A DNA stretch of 64,000 nucleotides from Candidatus Kerfeldbacteria bacterium (GTDB lineage: Bacteria; Patescibacteriota; Patescibacteriia; SBBC01; CAIJZX01), in NCBI GenBank assembly GCA_016193315.1, contig JACPSJ010000001.1, positions 219,981-283,980 on the forward strand. Direction: 5' to 3'. The notes under the pieces were generated by a model, which was not told the origin of the DNA, made no database searches, and saw only the letters and a program-made list of their open reading frames with translations. This document shows, piece after piece, positions 59,295-64,000 of the stretch (positions are counted from its first letter, which is position 1; the number at the start of each line of letters is the position of its first letter). A program made the position numbers and the translations under genes.

Positions 59295-59783
59295 ATGCCC
59301 GACCCCCACCCCCGCGGCGACATCCTGATGAGCTGGACGTTTCCGGAGTTCGACCAGCACCAACGCAGTCGCGCCTGGTACTTGTGGTTCATGGCGGCCG
59401 TTATCGCCTTCTTGGGCTACGCCATCTGGGCGGCTAATTACACCTTTGCCTTTATCATTTTCTTGGCCGCCTTCATTCTGGTTGTCCGCTTGCGTCGTCG
59501 ACCCCTGCCGGTGACGGTAGCCATTCGCGAAGAGGGAATTGAGGTCGGCCAGCGTTTTTGGACGTGGCGCGAGCTGAAAGAGTATTGGATCATCTACCGT
59601 CCGCCGGAAACAAGAAAGCTGTACCTCGAGTTCAAAGGCGCCTTTCGCCCGGCGCTTGACATCTCGCTCGAGACTCAGAACCCGCTCAAGATCCGACAAG
59701 TACTAAATGAGTTCCTGCTCGAGAACACCAAGCGCGAAGAAGAGCCAGTCAGCGACCAATGGTCGCGGGCCCTGAAAATCTAG
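59295..59783 (+). CDS. Two-TM membrane protein with a small C-terminal soluble domain
   Basis: WTFPEF...RSRAWY, 2 TMs; start set at ATG 59295. Confidence 0.7.
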   Translation: MPDPHPRGDILMSWTFPEFDQHQRSRAWYLWFMAAVIAFLGYAIWAANYTFAFIIFLAAFILVVRLRRRPLPVTVAIREEGIEVGQRFWTWRELKEYWIIYRPPETRKLYLEFKGAFRPALDISLETQNPLKIRQVLNEFLLENTKREEEPVSDQWSRALKI

Positions 59784-59791
59784 ACGGGCGT

Positions 59792-60430
59792 TCAGCCTTT
59801 CGCTAAGGCGCAGGCGAAAACATACCGCGCGCCGCGCCGGCGCAAGGCTTGGGCACAGGCGGTCATGGTCGCGCCGGTGGTGATGACATCGTCAACCAGC
59901 AGCCAGGTGTCGGTCGGTAGCTCGGCCACGGCCGTGAAAGCATCGGCCACGTTCTTCTGACGTTCATCGGCCGACAGGGCGGTTTGGGTCTCGGTGTCTC
60001 TCGTGCGTCGCAAAACCGGCACCAGCGGGCGACCGGTTATCTTTCCAACCGCTCGGGCGATGAGTTCGGACTGGTTAAAACCGCGGGCTCGCTGCCGGCG
60101 CGGATGGAGCGGCACCGGCACGATGGTGCTTGTTTTTGGTAACCTCGCCAAGTCCGATTCGAGCGGTCGGAGCAGCTCGCCAAGCAGTTCTTCGGCCGCC
60201 GTCCAGTTCGAGTACTTAAGACGTTGAATGAATGCTTTGAGCGGCGGGCAATCGTAGCCGGCTCGAATGTAGACCGACTGGCAGCCGACCAGTTTGACGG
60301 CCTCGACCGTCGGCGCCATTGCCAGCTGCTGATGTGCCGCTTGACACAACCACTGTCCCTCATGGGAACAATGAACGCACAGCGGTGGGAGTAGCCAGTT
60401 CATGAGTTGGTTGGGGAGGCTGGTTAACAT
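59792..60430 (-). CDS. comF: ComF family competence protein
   Basis: CVHC..LC, VPVPLH, RGFNQS, LVDDVITTGAT. Confidence 0.9.
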   Translation of the reverse strand: MLTSLPNQLMNWLLPPLCVHCSHEGQWLCQAAHQQLAMAPTVEAVKLVGCQSVYIRAGYDCPPLKAFIQRLKYSNWTAAEELLGELLRPLESDLARLPKTSTIVPVPLHPRRQRARGFNQSELIARAVGKITGRPLVPVLRRTRDTETQTALSADERQKNVADAFTAVAELPTDTWLLVDDVITTGATMTACAQALRRRGARYVFACALAKG

Positions 60431-60490
60431 AAAAGAGAGTCGCCTGACCTCGAGTCAGGTGGAGTAGAGTCCGGCCAAGCCTGGCAATAT

Positions 60491-63043
60491 CTACGCTGCC
60501 CGTCGAGTTTGTTTCTCGATCACGACGGCTTTGTTCTTTACCCCAATCCGGACCGCCTGTCCATTCTTGACCCGGCCGTCAAGCAACATCCCGGCCAGAG
60601 GAGTTTCCACTTGTTCCTGGATGATGCGACTGATCGCGCGGGCCCCGTAATCAGGACTGAAACCAAGCTCGGCGATCTTAGCCCGCGCTTGGGCTGTCAG
60701 TTTCAAGCGGATGGCCTGTTCATCAAGCCGGCGCTGGAGATCAGCTATTTGCAGTTCAACGATCCGTTCAACGGCCGCCTGATCGAGCGGTCGGTAGACG
60801 ACAATCTTGTCGATGCGGTTCAAGAATTCCGGTCGGAAGGTGCGGTCGACTTCAGCCAGCACCCGCTCCTTCAGTTGTTCATAACGCTGTTTCAATTCTT
60901 GTCGCTGGCCATGATCGCGAGCTTCAAAGCCGATTGACTGCGCTTGGTTGAAGCTCTGCAAACCGATGTTCGAGGTCATGATGATGATGGCGTTCTTGAA
61001 ATTGATGGTCTTGCCGACGGCGTCGGTGAGGTGACCTTCGTCAAGCACTTGGAGCAGGAGGTTGAACAGATCGGGGTGGGCTTTTTCGATTTCATCGAAC
61101 AGCACTACCGCGTACGGTTTCCGCTTGACGGCGTCGGTTAGCTTAGCTCCCTCTTTGTAGCCGACGTAACCGGCCGGGGCGCCGATCAGCTTGCTGATGT
61201 TGAAACTTTCTTGAAACTCGGACATGTCGATCCGGATCAAAGCGCTGTCGTCTTCGAACACCGTCCGGGCGATGACCTTGGCGGTTTCGGTTTTGCCAAC
61301 CCCCGACGGGCCGAGGAAAAGGAACGAACCGATCGGCCGGTTGGGGTTGCTCAAGCCGACCCGCGAGCGGCGAATGGAATTGGCGATCATGCGAATGGCG
61401 TCGTCTTGGCCGACGATCCGTTGCTTGAGCAGATCTTCTAGGTGGAGCAAGCGGTCGCGCTCGGCCTTGACTAAGTCGTGCAACGGCACGCCGGTCATCC
61501 GGGCCACCACTTCCGCCACCTCACGCTGACCGATGGCGCCGATGAAGGTCAGCGGTTGCTTTGCTTCGCGCTCGCGGAACTTGGCCAACTTGTGCTGAAT
61601 CGCCAACTCTTGGTTTTTCAGCTGCAGCGCCTGATCGAACTGCTCTTGCTGGACCGCCTGGTGTTTGCGCTGGCGGAGCTGATCGAGATCTTTCTCCAGG
61701 GCCCGAAGATGACGGAACGCGGCCGATCCGCCGCGGCCGACCTTGACTTTTGAGGCCGCTTCGTCAATCAGGTCGATGGCTTTATCGGGCAGGAAACGAT
61801 CTTGGATGTACCGCACGGACAGCCGCACCGACGCCTCCAACGCCTCATCATTGACGCGAACGGCGTGGAACTGTTCATAGTTGGCTTTGATGCCCCGCAG
61901 GATCTGCAGCGTTTCCTCGGCGCTCGGTTCGTTAACCACAATCGGCTGGAAGCGGCGTTCCAGGGCCGGGTCGGATTCGACGTGCTTCTTATATTCTTCG
62001 AGCGTGGTGGCGCCGATGGCACGGATCTGACCTTTGGCCAGCGCCGGCTTCAATAGGTTGGCGGCGTCCATCGACCCGGAGGCCGAACCAGCGCCGATGA
62101 TGGTATGCAGCTCGTCGATGAAGAGAATGATGTTCGGGTCGGCTTTGATTTCCTCGACGATTTGCTTCAGCCGCGATTCGAATTCGCCGCGGTAAATGGT
62201 CCCGGCCACCACCAGCCCGAGGTCCAGGGCCAGCACCCGCTTGCGCAGCAGCGTTTCCGGCACCTGCTCCTGAATGATTCGCTTGGCCAAGCCCTCGACG
62301 ATGGCCGTCTTGCCCACCCCCGGATCGCCGATCAGGACCGGGTTGCTCTTCGTCCGCCGGCTGAGGATGTGGATCAGTCGGTCGATTTCGGCCTGGCGGC
62401 CAATGACCGGATCGATAGATTTTTGAACCACCTCATCGGTCAAATCGGTGGTGAAGAAATCAAGGGCCGGCGTTTTGTCGCCGCGCGGGCGGCCCGGAGC
62501 CGAGGGCACGGCCACGGTTTCTTCGGCGCCGGCCTTGGCCTGGTCGAAGAAGCTAGAGATGTCGGGAAAACGGGTGGTGTTTTTCAGCACCATCAACAAC
62601 TGTCGTCGGGCCTCCCGGACATTCAGTTGATTCTCTTTCATGATTTGTTCGAGCGTCGGATCGCCGATCTCCAGCAAACCCCAGAACAGGTGTTCGGTGC
62701 CGACGTATTTGTGGTGGTAATTGGCGGCCACCAGCACGGATTTTTCCAGCGCCCGCTTGGCCGGTAGAGAAAACTTCAATTCGTCGGCCCGTAGGTTGAG
62801 CCCCGGCTTGAGGACCGGCTCGTTACGCAGACTGATTAGGTCGCGCAGGGTATCGAGCTTGATGCCGCTCTTGCGGAGAATCTCGTAGGCCACACCGCCC
62901 TTAGTCTCAGCCAATCCGAACAGCAGATGTTCCGGATTAATGTAGCGATTCTTTAATTCGACGCTCAACTCAGCCGCGAAGTTAATGGCACTCCGTAGAT
63001 GGGTGGTGAACTTTTGGAGTATTTCCGGCTTTAGATCGTCCAT
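60491..63043 (-). CDS. clpC: ATP-dependent Clp protease ATP-binding subunit ClpC
   Basis: Clp-N repeats, [11 protein letters not shown]-type middle domain, [11 protein letters not shown] loop; promoter TTGACA-18-TACACT at 63066-63095. Confidence 0.93.
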   Translation of the reverse strand: MDDLKPEILQKFTTHLRSAINFAAELSVELKNRYINPEHLLFGLAETKGGVAYEILRKSGIKLDTLRDLISLRNEPVLKPGLNLRADELKFSLPAKRALEKSVLVAANYHHKYVGTEHLFWGLLEIGDPTLEQIMKENQLNVREARRQLLMVLKNTTRFPDISSFFDQAKAGAEETVAVPSAPGRPRGDKTPALDFFTTDLTDEVVQKSIDPVIGRQAEIDRLIHILSRRTKSNPVLIGDPGVGKTAIVEGLAKRIIQEQVPETLLRKRVLALDLGLVVAGTIYRGEFESRLKQIVEEIKADPNIILFIDELHTIIGAGSASGSMDAANLLKPALAKGQIRAIGATTLEEYKKHVESDPALERRFQPIVVNEPSAEETLQILRGIKANYEQFHAVRVNDEALEASVRLSVRYIQDRFLPDKAIDLIDEAASKVKVGRGGSAAFRHLRALEKDLDQLRQRKHQAVQQEQFDQALQLKNQELAIQHKLAKFREREAKQPLTFIGAIGQREVAEVVARMTGVPLHDLVKAERDRLLHLEDLLKQRIVGQDDAIRMIANSIRRSRVGLSNPNRPIGSFLFLGPSGVGKTETAKVIARTVFEDDSALIRIDMSEFQESFNISKLIGAPAGYVGYKEGAKLTDAVKRKPYAVVLFDEIEKAHPDLFNLLLQVLDEGHLTDAVGKTINFKNAIIIMTSNIGLQSFNQAQSIGFEARDHGQRQELKQRYEQLKERVLAEVDRTFRPEFLNRIDKIVVYRPLDQAAVERIVELQIADLQRRLDEQAIRLKLTAQARAKIAELGFSPDYGARAISRIIQEQVETPLAGMLLDGRVKNGQAVRIGVKNKAVVIEKQTRRAA

Positions 63044-63234
63044 GGAGTGGCGGAGATTAGGCTGTAGTGTAGCCACTCTTGAAGGACGTTGTCAATAACG
63101 TGCCGGAGGACAAGATAGTCTTCGCGCTGCGCTTCACCTCCGGCCAGCCGTTAACCTAAACCCGAAATCCTAAATCCTGGACTGACTGGTACCGTCCGTC
63201 GCCATCGATGAAGCGCGTCGTCGACTGATCGACG

Positions 63235-64000
63235 CTACGAATCAACACCCCCCATTGCCCGCAGCGCCGCCACTCGTTCCGGAATCGGCGGGTGAGTCGA
63301 GAATAACTTGGCCAGGCCGCGGACGCTCGGACCGAACGGATTGCTGATAAAGAGGTGGGCGGTGGCGTTGTTAGCGCGGCTCAGCGGCTCGGTCGTCTGG
63401 GCAATTTTCTCCAACGCCCGGGCCAAGCCTTCTGGATATCGTGTCAGCAAGGCGCCGGCGGCGTCAGCCAGGAACTCCCTGCGCCGGGACACGGCGAACT
63501 GGAGGAGTCGGGCAATGATCGGTGCTAGGATTAGCAGGACTAGGCCGATCAGAAGCAGTATGGCCTGAACCTGACCAGCGGAACGATTTCCGCCGCGACG
63601 ACCGCCGCCGAGCCAGCGGGTCCGCCAGAACAGGTCGCCGAACATGATGATGATGCCGACCAAGACGGTAACCAGGGTCATGAAGCGGATATCGAGGTTC
63701 CGGACGTGCGACAACTCGTGGGCCAGCACCCCTTCGAGTTCTTCGTTCTCGAGTCGCTCGACTGCACCAGTCGTGACGGCCACCGAGGCATGCTTCAGAT
63801 CTCGTCCAGTAGCAAAGGCGTTGATCTGCGGGCTATCGATCAGGTAGATCTGCGGCACCGGCAGGCCAGCGGTGATGGATAGGTTCTCGACCATTCGCCA
63901 CAGATAGGGATTGTCCTGACGGTCGATCGGCCCGTGGGCCCCGCTAGTGACCAAGGCCAGCCGGTCCCCGCCAAAGTAGCCACCGACGGCCATGCCGACG
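63235..64000 (-). CDS. htpX: HtpX-like M48 zinc metalloprotease (5' end outside window)
   Basis: NAFATG, VLAHELSH, SRRREFLAD, FSTHPP. Confidence 0.92.
   Translation of the reverse strand, partial: VGMAVGGYFGGDRLALVTSGAHGPIDRQDNPYLWRMVENLSITAGLPVPQIYLIDSPQINAFATGRDLKHASVAVTTGAVERLENEELEGVLAHELSHVRNLDIRFMTLVTVLVGIIIMFGDLFWRTRWLGGGRRGGNRSAGQVQAILLLIGLVLLILAPIIARLLQFAVSRRREFLADAAGALLTRYPEGLARALEKIAQTTEPLSRANNATAHLFISNPFGPSVRGLAKLFSTHPPIPERVAALRAMGGVDS

Noticed and set aside
1-64000. Stop-codon reassignment (code 25)
   Set aside because: Conserved genes are full length under code 11 and several end in TGA at the expected positions

Overview
This is a roughly 60% GC chromosomal window, most likely from a Patescibacteria (CPR) genome. 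That is inferred from the archaeal-type Cmk, tRNA-Arg(GCG), a multi-insert LeuRS and a PrgI/VirB4/VirB6/VirB2-like locus with giant secreted proteins. Housekeeping genes (xer, rpsO, pnp, cmk, lspA, comM, leuS, tsaC, rsmA, recG, comF, clpC, htpX) flank a ~28 kb co-oriented T4SS-like surface-apparatus operon (26080-53756). Six observations stand out. (1) In a 'Russian-doll' tRNA locus (56136-57525), three interrupted tRNA genes each enclose an intact tRNA for the same amino acid, clamped by an 11-13 bp extension of its acceptor stem. (2) A family of short hairpin elements with CCCGT...ACGGG termini occurs in these tRNAs, and three 75-76 bp copies sit exactly on ATGA start codons with target duplication. 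(3) A promoter-driven ~375 nt multi-domain structured RNA with a possible pseudoknot (12365-12738) matches no class I recognise. (4) LeuRS carries ITPase-like, Nudix and ASCH-like inserts. (5) pnp lacks its catalytic segment and is frameshifted. (6) Leaderless promoters recur. All calls come from reading the sequence; no searches were run.
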